Shown here: positions 48,788 to 57,920 of the stretch, in pieces
Position numbering within the stretch: position 1 is the stretch's first letter
How the letters are laid out: each line of letters begins with the position of its first letter
Origin: an uncultured Victivallales bacterium
GTDB lineage: Bacteria > Verrucomicrobiota > Lentisphaeria > Victivallales > UBA1829
DNA: 64,000 nt
NCBI GenBank assembly: GCA_944390795.1
Contig: CALXRI010000001.1
Coordinates: 141,092 to 205,091 of the forward strand
Direction of reading: 5' to 3'
The notes under the pieces: model-generated
What the model saw: the letters and a program-made list of their open reading frames with translations, nothing else
The model's database searches: none
Told to the model about the DNA's origin: nothing
Made by a program: the position numbers and the translations under genes

Positions 48788-49331
48788 CCATGAAGCACAT
48801 GAAAAAGAGGGGAAGGAGGCGCTTGAACCCGGAGGTTTTCGGCGGTTGATTCACGCGTTTTTCTTTCCCAAAATGGTTCGTTCCTTTTTTATCCGTTTTC
48901 TGACTGTCGTGATTGTCGCGTGGGTGTTCTTCAAGTTCATCTGCCTGCCGCTGGTCGTCATGGGCGGAAGCATGCTGCCGACTTACGCGGAGCGGGGATT
49001 CAATTTCTGCTGGAAGCCCGCATACTGGTTTTCCGAACCGGAACGCGGAGACGTCGTGGTGATGAAATACGGTTCGGACAAGGTCATGATCCTCAAGCGC
49101 CTGATTGCGAAGGAAGGGGACACCGTAGAGTTCCGCAATGGAAAACTGATTCTCAACGGCAGGGAACTGGACGAGCCATACATTCAGGGTCCGTGCGACT
49201 GGAACCTGCCGCCGCGCACGGTGGAAAAGGACCACTATTATCTGGTCGGCGACAACCGCGCCGTGCCGATGCGGCGGCATATTTTCGGGCAGATGCACAA
49301 ACGATATCTCCAGGGGGTTCCGTTATGGTGA
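48774..49331 (+). CDS. lepB: Signal peptidase I, short form
   Basis: TM, GGSMLPTY, LKRLIAKEGD, YLVGDNR. Confidence 0.85.
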   Translation: MKLIDHEAHEKEGKEALEPGGFRRLIHAFFFPKMVRSFFIRFLTVVIVAWVFFKFICLPLVVMGGSMLPTYAERGFNFCWKPAYWFSEPERGDVVVMKYGSDKVMILKRLIAKEGDTVEFRNGKLILNGRELDEPYIQGPCDWNLPPRTVEKDHYYLVGDNRAVPMRRHIFGQMHKRYLQGVPLW

Positions 49332-49828
49332 AGAAAATTCTTCTTGCGGCGGTTCCGCTGACTCTCATTCTTGCGGCGGCGGTCTGGTTTTTCTTTTTCC
49401 GGCAGACGGAGGAAAGCATCATCCGGGGACGGTTTCGCGAATTTTCCGAAGCGGTTGAAAAAAAAGGGCCGGAAGGCGGCATCACGGCAGTTGCCGCCGC
49501 ACGGAGTCTCGGAGGATTTTTTGCGGAACGCACTTCCGTGGATGTGGACGGGCTCACCTGGCTCAACGGCGACTACTCCCCCGATGTGATTGTCGCCAAT
49601 GCCTTCCGCGCACGTGCGATGTTCAGCAGACTGTCGCTGGAATTCAACGACATTGAGCTGGAAATCCGGGAAAATACCGCCAGGGCCTTTTTTACCGCGG
49701 TTCTGGAGGCCGATCCGAAAAACCGCAGGCCGGTCCGGGAGATCCGCGAACTGGAGGCCGGATTGCGCAAGGTGGACGGCAAATGGGTTTTTGAATCGTT
49801 CCGCGTGCGGGCCATTATAAAGAAATAA
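49325..49828 (+). CDS. Hypothetical membrane-anchored NTF2-like protein
   Basis: N-terminal TM; C-terminal LRKVDGKWVF typical of the NTF2/SnoaL fold. Confidence 0.6.
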   Translation: MVKKILLAAVPLTLILAAAVWFFFFRQTEESIIRGRFREFSEAVEKKGPEGGITAVAAARSLGGFFAERTSVDVDGLTWLNGDYSPDVIVANAFRARAMFSRLSLEFNDIELEIRENTARAFFTAVLEADPKNRRPVREIRELEAGLRKVDGKWVFESFRVRAIIKK

Positions 49829-49839
49829 AGGAGAGAAAG

Positions 49840-50607
49840 ATGGATTTTCCGGTCATTGATGCGCACATACATCCTTTTTTCCAGGAGGAGAACAATATCG
49901 CGGCATTCGGTTCTCCCGTGTCCGCGGATGAGTTCATTGCCGAACTGCGTCGCGCGGGAATCGCCCGGGTCTGCGGTTCCGTAATCCAGCGTTCCGCCGC
50001 ATCCTTCGAGGATGTGCGGCGTCTGAACCGCGAAGCACTGCGCTTCCGCGACCGCTGTCCGGATTTCTATATTCCCGGGATTCATGTTCATGGCGCGTAT
50101 CCGGAGGAATCCTGCCGGGAGCTGGAGCTCATGCACCGGGAACATGGAGTGCGCTGGATCGGCGAACTCGTCTCCTATCTCATGCATACGGGGGAATATG
50201 ACGGCGAGGGGATGTTCCGGATCTATGAAACGGCGCGCGATCTCGGAATGCCGGTCAACATCCACTGCAGCGACACCGCCGTGCTGGAACGCATCCTGAA
50301 GAACTTCCCGACTCTGAATCTTGTCATTGCGCATCCCGAGGATCTTGGCAGTGCGAAGACGCGTTTTGAACTGGTCCGGCGCTATCCGAATGCGCATCTG
50401 GACATTTCCGGGACGGGGCTTTTCCGCTGGAACATGCTCCGTTACGCAATTGACGCATGCGGTTCGGAAAAGCTGCTGTTCGGCAGCGACTTCCCGATCT
50501 GCAGTCCCGGAATGAATCTCGGCGGCGTCCTGGCCGAGCATCTTTCGGAGGCGGAGCTGCGGAATGTCCTTTCCGACAATTTTCTCCGTCTGACAGGCGG
50601 ATCCTGA
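49840..50607 (+). CDS. Amidohydrolase_2 family metal-dependent hydrolase
   Basis: IDAHIH, IGEL, PVNIH, VIAH, LLFGSDFP. Confidence 0.9.
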   Translation: MDFPVIDAHIHPFFQEENNIAAFGSPVSADEFIAELRRAGIARVCGSVIQRSAASFEDVRRLNREALRFRDRCPDFYIPGIHVHGAYPEESCRELELMHREHGVRWIGELVSYLMHTGEYDGEGMFRIYETARDLGMPVNIHCSDTAVLERILKNFPTLNLVIAHPEDLGSAKTRFELVRRYPNAHLDISGTGLFRWNMLRYAIDACGSEKLLFGSDFPICSPGMNLGGVLAEHLSEAELRNVLSDNFLRLTGGS

Positions 50608-50650
50608 AAATGCCGCAGGATGAGCGCGTGCGCCTCTGCATCCGGAGAAC

Positions 50651-51391
50651 TCATTTGACTCTTGCGCGTTCCCTGGCGATTTCCTCCAGGGCGGCGGGAA
50701 CGGAGGAGGTAATTTCAAAAAGGGCTGCTGCGTGGGCTGTGTCCTTGTAGCGGTCGTTGTCCTGCAGGAACAGCCAGCAGAGGAGGATATCCCGCTCCAC
50801 ATACTCCTTTTTGGAGAGTTCACGGACGGATTTCCGGCGCAGGCGGTTGATGTAACTGTGGAAATACGGCAGGGAATAAACGAATTTTGTCCGCAGGTGT
50901 TCATCAAGAGCCGTATGATCCATCCGGTCGGCAAGGTCGTTCAGAAGAAGCGTTTCAAAGTCTTTGCCGGTGTTTTTCCTGCGCATGGCGTTCGCTGTTG
51001 CCGTATTGAGCCACAGCAGGTACTGTTCACTGATTTTCCTGCTCAGCATTTCGGCGGATGCGTCAATTTCCGCACGCACGGAACCGCCGATCTGCTGAAA
51101 GGCCATGGGAAAAATCCGGATGGTGGACTGCGCCAGCAGTTCCGCCACGGGGTCCAGGTCCCTGCCGTATTCCGGTGCGACAATGACTTTGCTTCCGATC
51201 AGGGCCGCGGCCGTGCGCGGTTCCGCAAGTTCTTGAATCTTGTAACCGAGAATGCCCGCATAGACGAGAAGAAAGACAATGATGAACACATAAAAAATGA
51301 CTGCGTTGCGGAATGAACTTCTGTAACGTCTGCGGTGTTTTTTCAGTTCAAATGTAAGGTCGCTGAGCTTTTCCATGATTCCGTGATTCAT
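50651..51391 (-). CDS. Hypothetical single-pass membrane protein
   Basis: Basic N-terminus, one TM, helical remainder; overlaps the upstream stop. Confidence 0.7.
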   Translation of the reverse strand: MNHGIMEKLSDLTFELKKHRRRYRSSFRNAVIFYVFIIVFLLVYAGILGYKIQELAEPRTAAALIGSKVIVAPEYGRDLDPVAELLAQSTIRIFPMAFQQIGGSVRAEIDASAEMLSRKISEQYLLWLNTATANAMRRKNTGKDFETLLLNDLADRMDHTALDEHLRTKFVYSLPYFHSYINRLRRKSVRELSKKEYVERDILLCWLFLQDNDRYKDTAHAAALFEITSSVPAALEEIARERARVK

Positions 51392-52167
51392 TCCGCCGCC
51401 TCCTCATGTCTGGTTACTCCCTTGCTTTCATTCAGCAGATAGATCGTGTATTCCAGAAGATCCTCGTAGAGACGGCTTTCGAGAAAATCGCGCGGCTCAT
51501 TGGCAAGAGCCGCATATTCCGGAAGGGTGCGGAACATTTCCAGGTCATTGTTCAGCTCGTTCAGGCGGGTTTCCGTCGGAGCGGTCCATTCCGCGACACG
51601 TCGGAGAATGGCTTGAATCATGGCGTTGTTCGCCGCGTCGATGGCTTTCTCCAGCTCCGCGGCGGAGATGCCGCCGTTTCCCGCATGGCGCCGGATCAGT
51701 TCCTTTTTGTTCCGGTCGAAATTTTCCCGGAGAAGCCGTTCCAGACGTGTCCTGAAACTGACGTCCGCATAAAGCGCGGTCTTTTTGAATTCATATTTGA
51801 ATTCCCGGCGCAGCATGGGGATCTCCCGTTGAAACGAGTTTTGCGCCGCATTGCGGAATGTTGTCAGAAATCTTCCCTGAAAGCCTTTTCCCATGTCGCG
51901 CAGTTCCGCGGGGGAATAGGAAAGCCTGATATTGCGCGTCAGCTCTCCCATCAGCTCTTTCTTAGGATAACTGATGAAGTAGCCGACCATGCTGATTGCG
52001 AACGAGAGCAGGATCAGGAGAATGATAAGAACACAGGAGGCGGAAATGAGAAACTGCCGTTTGCGGAAATTTTCCGTTTCCAGAACCAGATTTTCCACTT
52101 CCGTGATCCTGCGGTTCAGATCTTCCATCTCCTTCTTTGTATTGATGATTTGCTGTTCCAGTGCCAT
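51388..52167 (-). CDS. Hypothetical single-pass membrane protein with N-terminal coiled coil
   Basis: Coiled coil, TM, helical periplasmic part; GAGG RBS. Confidence 0.75.
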   Translation of the reverse strand: MALEQQIINTKKEMEDLNRRITEVENLVLETENFRKRQFLISASCVLIILLILLSFAISMVGYFISYPKKELMGELTRNIRLSYSPAELRDMGKGFQGRFLTTFRNAAQNSFQREIPMLRREFKYEFKKTALYADVSFRTRLERLLRENFDRNKKELIRRHAGNGGISAAELEKAIDAANNAMIQAILRRVAEWTAPTETRLNELNNDLEMFRTLPEYAALANEPRDFLESRLYEDLLEYTIYLLNESKGVTRHEEAAE

Positions 52168-52173
52168 AGCGCC

Positions 52174-52683
52174 TCACTCTTTGTTGAGCCGGGCTTTTTT
52201 CGCCCTGGCTTTTTCACGCAGATGCCTGTAATTGATTACAATGCGGCGAACCGCATAGTAACAGACGGGAGTGGAGACTGCGGCGAACAGCAATCCCCCC
52301 GCAAAAAAGGAGGCCGCCACTTCCAGCCCCATGTTGAACAGAGTTTCATAATCCTGAAACCTCAGGACGTCGCGCATCATGCACTGAATCCGGTTGAGGG
52401 AGAGATTCCCGCAGAGAATCCGGTTGCCGACCCAGCACTGCACCGGATAGATGATGAAAATTGTGAAGTGATTGGTGGTGAATGTTCCCAGAACGGCTCC
52501 CAGTTTCGATCCTTTCAGCAGAAAGGAGAGCGGAATGGAAATGGCAAGCTGGAGTCCGAACGGGACTGCAAATCCGACGAACATGCCGATCGCCCAGCCG
52601 CGCGCGATGTACTCCGGCGTTCCCTTGTCGCGAACCGCCTTCATGTAATAGAAGAGGAAAATTTTTTTCAGTTTGACAAACAC
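52174..52683 (-). CDS. DUF2062 family membrane protein
   Basis: TPEYIARGWAIGMFVGFAVPFGLQ..TNHFTIFIIY..VG. Confidence 0.85.
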   Translation of the reverse strand: MFVKLKKIFLFYYMKAVRDKGTPEYIARGWAIGMFVGFAVPFGLQLAISIPLSFLLKGSKLGAVLGTFTTNHFTIFIIYPVQCWVGNRILCGNLSLNRIQCMMRDVLRFQDYETLFNMGLEVAASFFAGGLLFAAVSTPVCYYAVRRIVINYRHLREKARAKKARLNKE

Positions 52684-53805
52684 TCAGCGTTCCTCTGCGG
52701 TTTGAAATCCCAGATTTGAACACAAGGTCTCCACATCGGCGGAGCCCGAAACGCGGTATGCCGCAAATTCGCGCCGGAACGGGTAATCGCCGCGCAGACG
52801 TTCGAATTCACCGGGAGCCGCACGAAGCCGGCGGTCATCCGAGAGGATGTCGTAGGAGCGGAACACCGCCTCTGCGATCCGCTCTTCCCGCGATCCCGTG
52901 TCCGGAATCCGGATCAGCGGATCTTCCGGCTCCGGAAGCGCCGGGACAAAATCCGCAAGCGGCAGGCGGAAAAACGCGGACAGCGCACGGATGCTCATTG
53001 CCGTGCCTTTCGCCTTGCCGTCCGCGGAATATCCGGCGATATGGGCAGTGGCGTAATCCAGCAGTTTCATCAGTCCGAGATCAATTCCCGGCTCATTTTC
53101 CCAGACATCCAGCGCGGCGCCCGCGATTCGTCCCGTTTCCAGGGCTTTCCGGAGCGCCGCGTTGTCCACGACTTCTCCGCGCGAGGAGTTGATGAGAAAG
53201 GCATTGCCGCGCATCCGCCGGAGGAAGGCTTCATCCGCAAGATGGCAGGTCGCATCCGGCCCTGTCCGGTTCAGCGGCACATGCAGCGTGATGACGTCGG
53301 ACTGTTCCAGAATGGTGTCGAGCGGAACAAACGCGCCGCCTCCTTCCCGGCGTTCGCGCGGCGGATCGTTCCGCAGCACATTCATCCCGAGGAGTTCCGC
53401 CGCCTTTGCGACTTTCAATCCGACATTGCCGACGCCGATCACGCCGAGCGTCATGCCGTTCAGGCTCCGGCCTGTCCGGAGGGCATGCCGCAGCAGGAGC
53501 GACGTCACATACTGCATGACGGAACCTGAGTTGCATCCCGGCGCATTCGCCCAGGCGATGCCGCGGTCGCGGCAGCAGGCGGTGTCGATGTGGTCGTAGC
53601 CGATTGTCGCCGTCGCAATGAATTTCACGGCGGTGCCGTCGAGCAACCCGGCATTGCATTTCGTCCGGGTGCGGGTAATCAGCGCGTCCGCATCCAGAAG
53701 ATCGTGCCGTGAGATTTTCCCGCCGGGAAGATAGACGACCTCCGCATACGGTTCCAGTATGCCTTTCAGGAAGGGAATTCTGTCATCCGCCACGATTTTC
53801 AGCAT
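52684..53805 (-). CDS. pdxB: Erythronate-4-phosphate dehydrogenase
   Basis: KIVADDRIPF, ITRTRTKCN, TATIGYDHID, NAPGCN, LHVPL, DVWENEP, HIAGYSADGK, LRGDYPFRRE. Confidence 0.93.
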   Translation of the reverse strand: MLKIVADDRIPFLKGILEPYAEVVYLPGGKISRHDLLDADALITRTRTKCNAGLLDGTAVKFIATATIGYDHIDTACCRDRGIAWANAPGCNSGSVMQYVTSLLLRHALRTGRSLNGMTLGVIGVGNVGLKVAKAAELLGMNVLRNDPPRERREGGGAFVPLDTILEQSDVITLHVPLNRTGPDATCHLADEAFLRRMRGNAFLINSSRGEVVDNAALRKALETGRIAGAALDVWENEPGIDLGLMKLLDYATAHIAGYSADGKAKGTAMSIRALSAFFRLPLADFVPALPEPEDPLIRIPDTGSREERIAEAVFRSYDILSDDRRLRAAPGEFERLRGDYPFRREFAAYRVSGSADVETLCSNLGFQTAEER

Positions 53806-53827
53806 GGTTCCGCTTCCTCCTTTCCGT

Positions 53828-54943
53828 TCAGTGTCCGGCGATGTTCATGACCAGGTTTTCCAGCGCAAGTCGCGGATCCCCGCCTGTGACCATCTGTCTG
53901 CTCGCTTCGAAAATCGCCTCAAACGCCTCGGAGATTTCCCGGTCGGAAAAAAGCATCGCATTCTCCCAGATTTTGTAGGCGCGGAACGGATGCATGGAAA
54001 AGAAGCTGTTCCGTCCGCCGGTTCCTTTCCGGGATTCAAACAGGGAATAGAAGAAATCGGCGTTTGCGTTCCGGGGAATCCGGAATCGTTCCGATTCGCA
54101 TTTGGCGGAAAGCAGACGCTGGAATTCGGCGTTGGCCGCGCCGACGATTGCGATTTCCGGACGCGACCCCGACCCGCGCTCCTGTTCCATGGTCTCACAG
54201 ATTCCCGGGATCAGGGAAATGGCTTTCGCCGCGTTTTTCGAGGCGAGGGCCGAGGAGAATTCCCAGGAGAGCGTTTCTGTGTTGCGGCTGCAGACCTGCA
54301 GACAGTCGTCAAGCGTGATGACGGGCGCATCATCCACGTAGGAGACCAGTTTTTCCAGTTCGTTTTTCAATCTTGCGGCATCCGCGCCGACGGTTTCGGC
54401 CAGAAAAGCCGCTCCGTTTTCATCAATGCGTTTCCCATAGGCGGAAACCGCTTCGCGGATCCGTTTGTGCAGCATGGCCTCATAGCCTTTCGCCTTCGGA
54501 TCGACCTTTTCAAACCACTCCAGCCTGCCACCTGTGGAGGCGCAGACCTTTTCGCAGAGTTTGTAAAACGCTTTTCTGCGGTCGAGTCCCGCTCCGTCGA
54601 TGACGACTGTGAGATCGTCCGGGAATCCGTTCTTCAGAAAATCCGAAAGAAGGTCGATCCGGCTCTTCTGCTTTTTGGAGGAGGATTCGGCGAACGCATC
54701 GTCAAACTTGTTGAAGTGTTTCAGCCAGACCGATTTCCTGGGAAACAGAAAGGGCGGCGTCTGCACGGTTTCCAGAAACCGGTCCAGCACGGCGGTGAAT
54801 TTTTCCGTATCGTCGTCGCCGCGGATGATCTCGAGTTCCGGATTGTCTTCCGGAATTTCTCCGTAAAGACGGCAGACAAGTTCCGTGGCGCGCTCCTTGA
54901 CGGAGAACTCCTCATTGCCTGAGATCAGATACAAAGCGCCCAT
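53828..54943 (-). CDS. holA: DNA polymerase III delta subunit
   Basis: LYLISGNEEF, TPPFL, LKNELEKL..Y..IT, HPFRAYK, DPRLALE. Confidence 0.85.
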   Translation of the reverse strand: MGALYLISGNEEFSVKERATELVCRLYGEIPEDNPELEIIRGDDDTEKFTAVLDRFLETVQTPPFLFPRKSVWLKHFNKFDDAFAESSSKKQKSRIDLLSDFLKNGFPDDLTVVIDGAGLDRRKAFYKLCEKVCASTGGRLEWFEKVDPKAKGYEAMLHKRIREAVSAYGKRIDENGAAFLAETVGADAARLKNELEKLVSYVDDAPVITLDDCLQVCSRNTETLSWEFSSALASKNAAKAISLIPGICETMEQERGSGSRPEIAIVGAANAEFQRLLSAKCESERFRIPRNANADFFYSLFESRKGTGGRNSFFSMHPFRAYKIWENAMLFSDREISEAFEAIFEASRQMVTGGDPRLALENLVMNIAGH

Positions 54944-54963
54944 CGTCCGCCGCCCTTTCCTCT

Positions 54964-56040
54964 TCAGTCGACACCGGGAATGAAGGACTCTTTCCCGCTC
55001 AGCGACGCGACGGTTTCGGCGATCAGGTTGATCGCGCCCTCGACATCGCGCAGGTCGCAGATTTCAACCGGCGTATGCATGTAGCGGTTCGGAATGCTGA
55101 CCAGGGCCGTGGCCACGCCGGACCGGGTCATCTGAATCTGGGCGGTGTCCGTTCCGCCGCTGGCGCGGTGTCCGCAGTCGAGCTGATAGGGGATCTTCTT
55201 CTTTTCCGCGATCCGGAACATCAGGCGGTTCACGACTGGGTTGTTGTCCGCGTTGCGGGAGAGAATGGGGCCGCCGCCGAGCGTGACGTCGCCGTAGGCC
55301 TTTTTTTCCACGCCGGGAACGTCGGTTGCGAAGCCGACGTCCACCGCGATCGCCATGGCGGGATCAACGCCGAACGCGCTTGTCGTCGCGCCGCGCAGTC
55401 CGAGCTCCTCCTGCACCGTGCCCACGGCGTAGACGCCGACCTTGATTCTGCGTTTTGCAAGCGCCTTCAGAGCCTCGATCACGACGAATGCGCCGATTTT
55501 GTCGTCCAGTCCCTTGGACATGATCCGGTTTGCTCCGCAGCGCTTCCAGTTGACCCGGAACGCAACGGGGTCTCCGACGCCGACGAGCTTTTTCGCCTCC
55601 TCCTCGTTTTCCGCGCCGATGTCGATCCAGAGATCCTTGAATTCGGAGGGGGTTTCGCGTTCCTTCGGGGTCTGAAGGTGGATCGGTTTCCGTCCGATCA
55701 CGCCCGGGATTTTTTCTCCTCTGGCGTTGAGAATATTGACCTCGATGCCGGGGAGGGTGTTCTTGTCGATGCCGCCGACAGGACGGAAGAACACGAGTCC
55801 GCTTTCATCAATGTAGACGACCTGAAAGCCGATCTCATCGTAATGGCCGGCCAGCATGACTTTGAATTTCGCATCGGGATTGAGCACGGCGATGGTGTTT
55901 CCCGTGACGTCGGTCCGGACCTCGTGAGCGAAACCTTTCGCATAGTTGCGGAACGCCGCCGCCGGTTCGAATTCGAATCCGGACGGGCCGGAGCTGGTCA
56001 TGAGTCTCTCCAGAAAATCCAGGCTTGATTTTGAAAGCAT
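54964..56040 (-). CDS. M42 family metallo-aminopeptidase
   Basis: GPSGFE, AGHYDEIG, WIDIGA, LDDKIG, VQEELGLRGA, GGTD, RYMHTPVE. Confidence 0.93.
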   Translation of the reverse strand: MLSKSSLDFLERLMTSSGPSGFEFEPAAAFRNYAKGFAHEVRTDVTGNTIAVLNPDAKFKVMLAGHYDEIGFQVVYIDESGLVFFRPVGGIDKNTLPGIEVNILNARGEKIPGVIGRKPIHLQTPKERETPSEFKDLWIDIGAENEEEAKKLVGVGDPVAFRVNWKRCGANRIMSKGLDDKIGAFVVIEALKALAKRRIKVGVYAVGTVQEELGLRGATTSAFGVDPAMAIAVDVGFATDVPGVEKKAYGDVTLGGGPILSRNADNNPVVNRLMFRIAEKKKIPYQLDCGHRASGGTDTAQIQMTRSGVATALVSIPNRYMHTPVEICDLRDVEGAINLIAETVASLSGKESFIPGVD

Positions 56041-56151
56041 ATTTTTCTCCTCCACTTGAATTTGACGCGTTCAGAAAGTAACTTATAGAGTCAATATAAC
56101 ACAGGAAAACGATTTTGCACGAGAACTACAGCCCGACAGAGAAAAAAAATT

Positions 56152-57246
56152 ATGATTATTGAAGAAATCAAAGCGCATGCGCAGGAAGCCGACCTGAGAC
56201 TCTCCCGGCTTTACGACTTCCTGAAGATTGAGACATACAAGCAGGAAATGGCGGAGCTGGAAAAGGTCATGGCACGCCCCGACTTCTGGGACGACAAGGA
56301 GAAGGCGCAGGAGACCGTCCAGAAACTCAGTTCCTGCAAGAACACCATCGAGCCCTATCAGAATCTTGTCAAGGAGGTGGAGGACTTCCACACCATCGCC
56401 GAACTCGCGGGAGAGGACGAAAGCTTTCTCGCCGAGGCGGACGGCGCATGGAAATCGCTTGCCGGACATCTGGACAAGATCGAACTGGTCAGTTTCCTTT
56501 CCGGGCGTTTCGACCGCAACAACTGCTTTTTCTTCATTCACGCCGGCGCGGGCGGAACCGAGTCGTGCGACTGGGCGAGCATTCTCATGCGCATGTACCG
56601 GCGCTGGTTCGAGCGCAAGGGCTTCAAGGATGAAATTGTCGATCTGCAGCCGGGCGAGGAGGCGGGCATCAAGAGCGTGACGCTTCGCGTGGAAGGAGAG
56701 TTCGCCTACGGCTACCTCAAGGCGGAACGCGGCATTCACCGGCTTGTGCGCATCTCGCCTTTCGACAGCAATGCGAGACGCCATACCTCGTTCGCCTCCG
56801 CCGATGCGTTTCCCGAACTCGGCGACGACATCACGGTTGAGATCGATGAGAAAGATTTGAAGATCGACACCTACCGCTCCAGCGGCGCGGGCGGACAGTA
56901 TGTCAACCGGACCGATTCCGCCGTGCGCATCACCCATCTGCCGACCGGAATCGTCGTGGCGTGCCAGATGGAACGTTCCCAGCACAAGAACCGCGCCATG
57001 GCCATGAAAATGCTCCAGGCGCGCCTGTATGAACGCGCCGAAGAGCAGCGCAAGAAGGAGGCTTCCGCGATTTCCGGCGAAAAGTCCGACATCGCCTGGG
57101 GCAATCAGATCCGCTCCTACGTTCTTCAGCCTTACCAGCTCATCAAGGATCTCCGCACGGATTATGAAACCGGAAACGTCAACGCGGTGCTGGACGGCGA
57201 TCTGGACGCCTTCGTCGAAGCCTATCTGCGCCACTCCAACGCATGA
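56152..57246 (+). CDS. prfB: Peptide chain release factor 2 (no programmed frameshift)
   Basis: GAGGTESCDW, SPF tripeptide (RISPFD), GGQ, WGNQIRSYVLQPY; continuous ORF. Confidence 0.97.
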   Translation: MIIEEIKAHAQEADLRLSRLYDFLKIETYKQEMAELEKVMARPDFWDDKEKAQETVQKLSSCKNTIEPYQNLVKEVEDFHTIAELAGEDESFLAEADGAWKSLAGHLDKIELVSFLSGRFDRNNCFFFIHAGAGGTESCDWASILMRMYRRWFERKGFKDEIVDLQPGEEAGIKSVTLRVEGEFAYGYLKAERGIHRLVRISPFDSNARRHTSFASADAFPELGDDITVEIDEKDLKIDTYRSSGAGGQYVNRTDSAVRITHLPTGIVVACQMERSQHKNRAMAMKMLQARLYERAEEQRKKEASAISGEKSDIAWGNQIRSYVLQPYQLIKDLRTDYETGNVNAVLDGDLDAFVEAYLRHSNA

Positions 57247-57806
57247 CTGACGCACTGCGCAAAATCATCGCCCTGGACATCGGGAATGTCTGTGTCTCCA
57301 TTCATCCCGAGCGCGTCATCGCGCGCATGAAGCTCTTTCCGACGCCGGAAATCCTCGGTGTTTCCGCAAAGCTGGAATGCGGCCTGATCTCCGAACGCGA
57401 ATGGCTGGATTTCTTTCATGAAAAAACACAGCGCCGTTTCAGCGACGATGAAATGATCGACGCATGGAACCTGATTATCGGAGAGACGCTGCCCGGCATG
57501 TCCGAAGCGGTCCGCGCCGCGCTCCGGAACGGATACAGTTTTGTGTTCCTTTCGGATGTCTCGCGCTTCCATCTGACCGAGTGCCGGCGCAAATGTGAAT
57601 TTTTTCATCTGGCGCTTGACGGCGTCTACAGTTTCGACGTCGGGGCGCAGAAGCCGTCGGAAAAGATGTATCGCGAATTCGAACGCCGCCATGGAAAACC
57701 CTGCGTGTATTTCGACGACCGCGCCGACAATGTCGAAGCCGCGCGCGGTCTCGGCTGGAACGCCGTGCGTTTCCGCAGTGTTTCCGACTTCATTCTGCCG
57801 GAATGA
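57243..57806 (+). CDS. HAD-superfamily hydrolase
   Basis: ALDIGNV, LS, QKP, YFDDRADNVEAARGLG. Confidence 0.88.
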   Translation: MTDALRKIIALDIGNVCVSIHPERVIARMKLFPTPEILGVSAKLECGLISEREWLDFFHEKTQRRFSDDEMIDAWNLIIGETLPGMSEAVRAALRNGYSFVFLSDVSRFHLTECRRKCEFFHLALDGVYSFDVGAQKPSEKMYREFERRHGKPCVYFDDRADNVEAARGLGWNAVRFRSVSDFILPE

Positions 57807-57853
57807 AACGTTTCTGCGGAGGAGATTTTCCCGGTCCGGTCCATGCATGGCGC

Positions 57854-57890
57854 AAAAAAAGGGAGGCCGCGCCTGTCCGGCGCGCCTCCC
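57854..57890 (-). terminator. Intrinsic terminator after the oxidoreductase gene
   Basis: Minus strand GGGAGGCGCGCC-GGACA-GGCGCGGCCTCCC followed by T7. Confidence 0.75.
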
Positions 57891-57920
57891 CGCAGTCTGT
57901 TTCCTCTGCGGAAATCCGCT

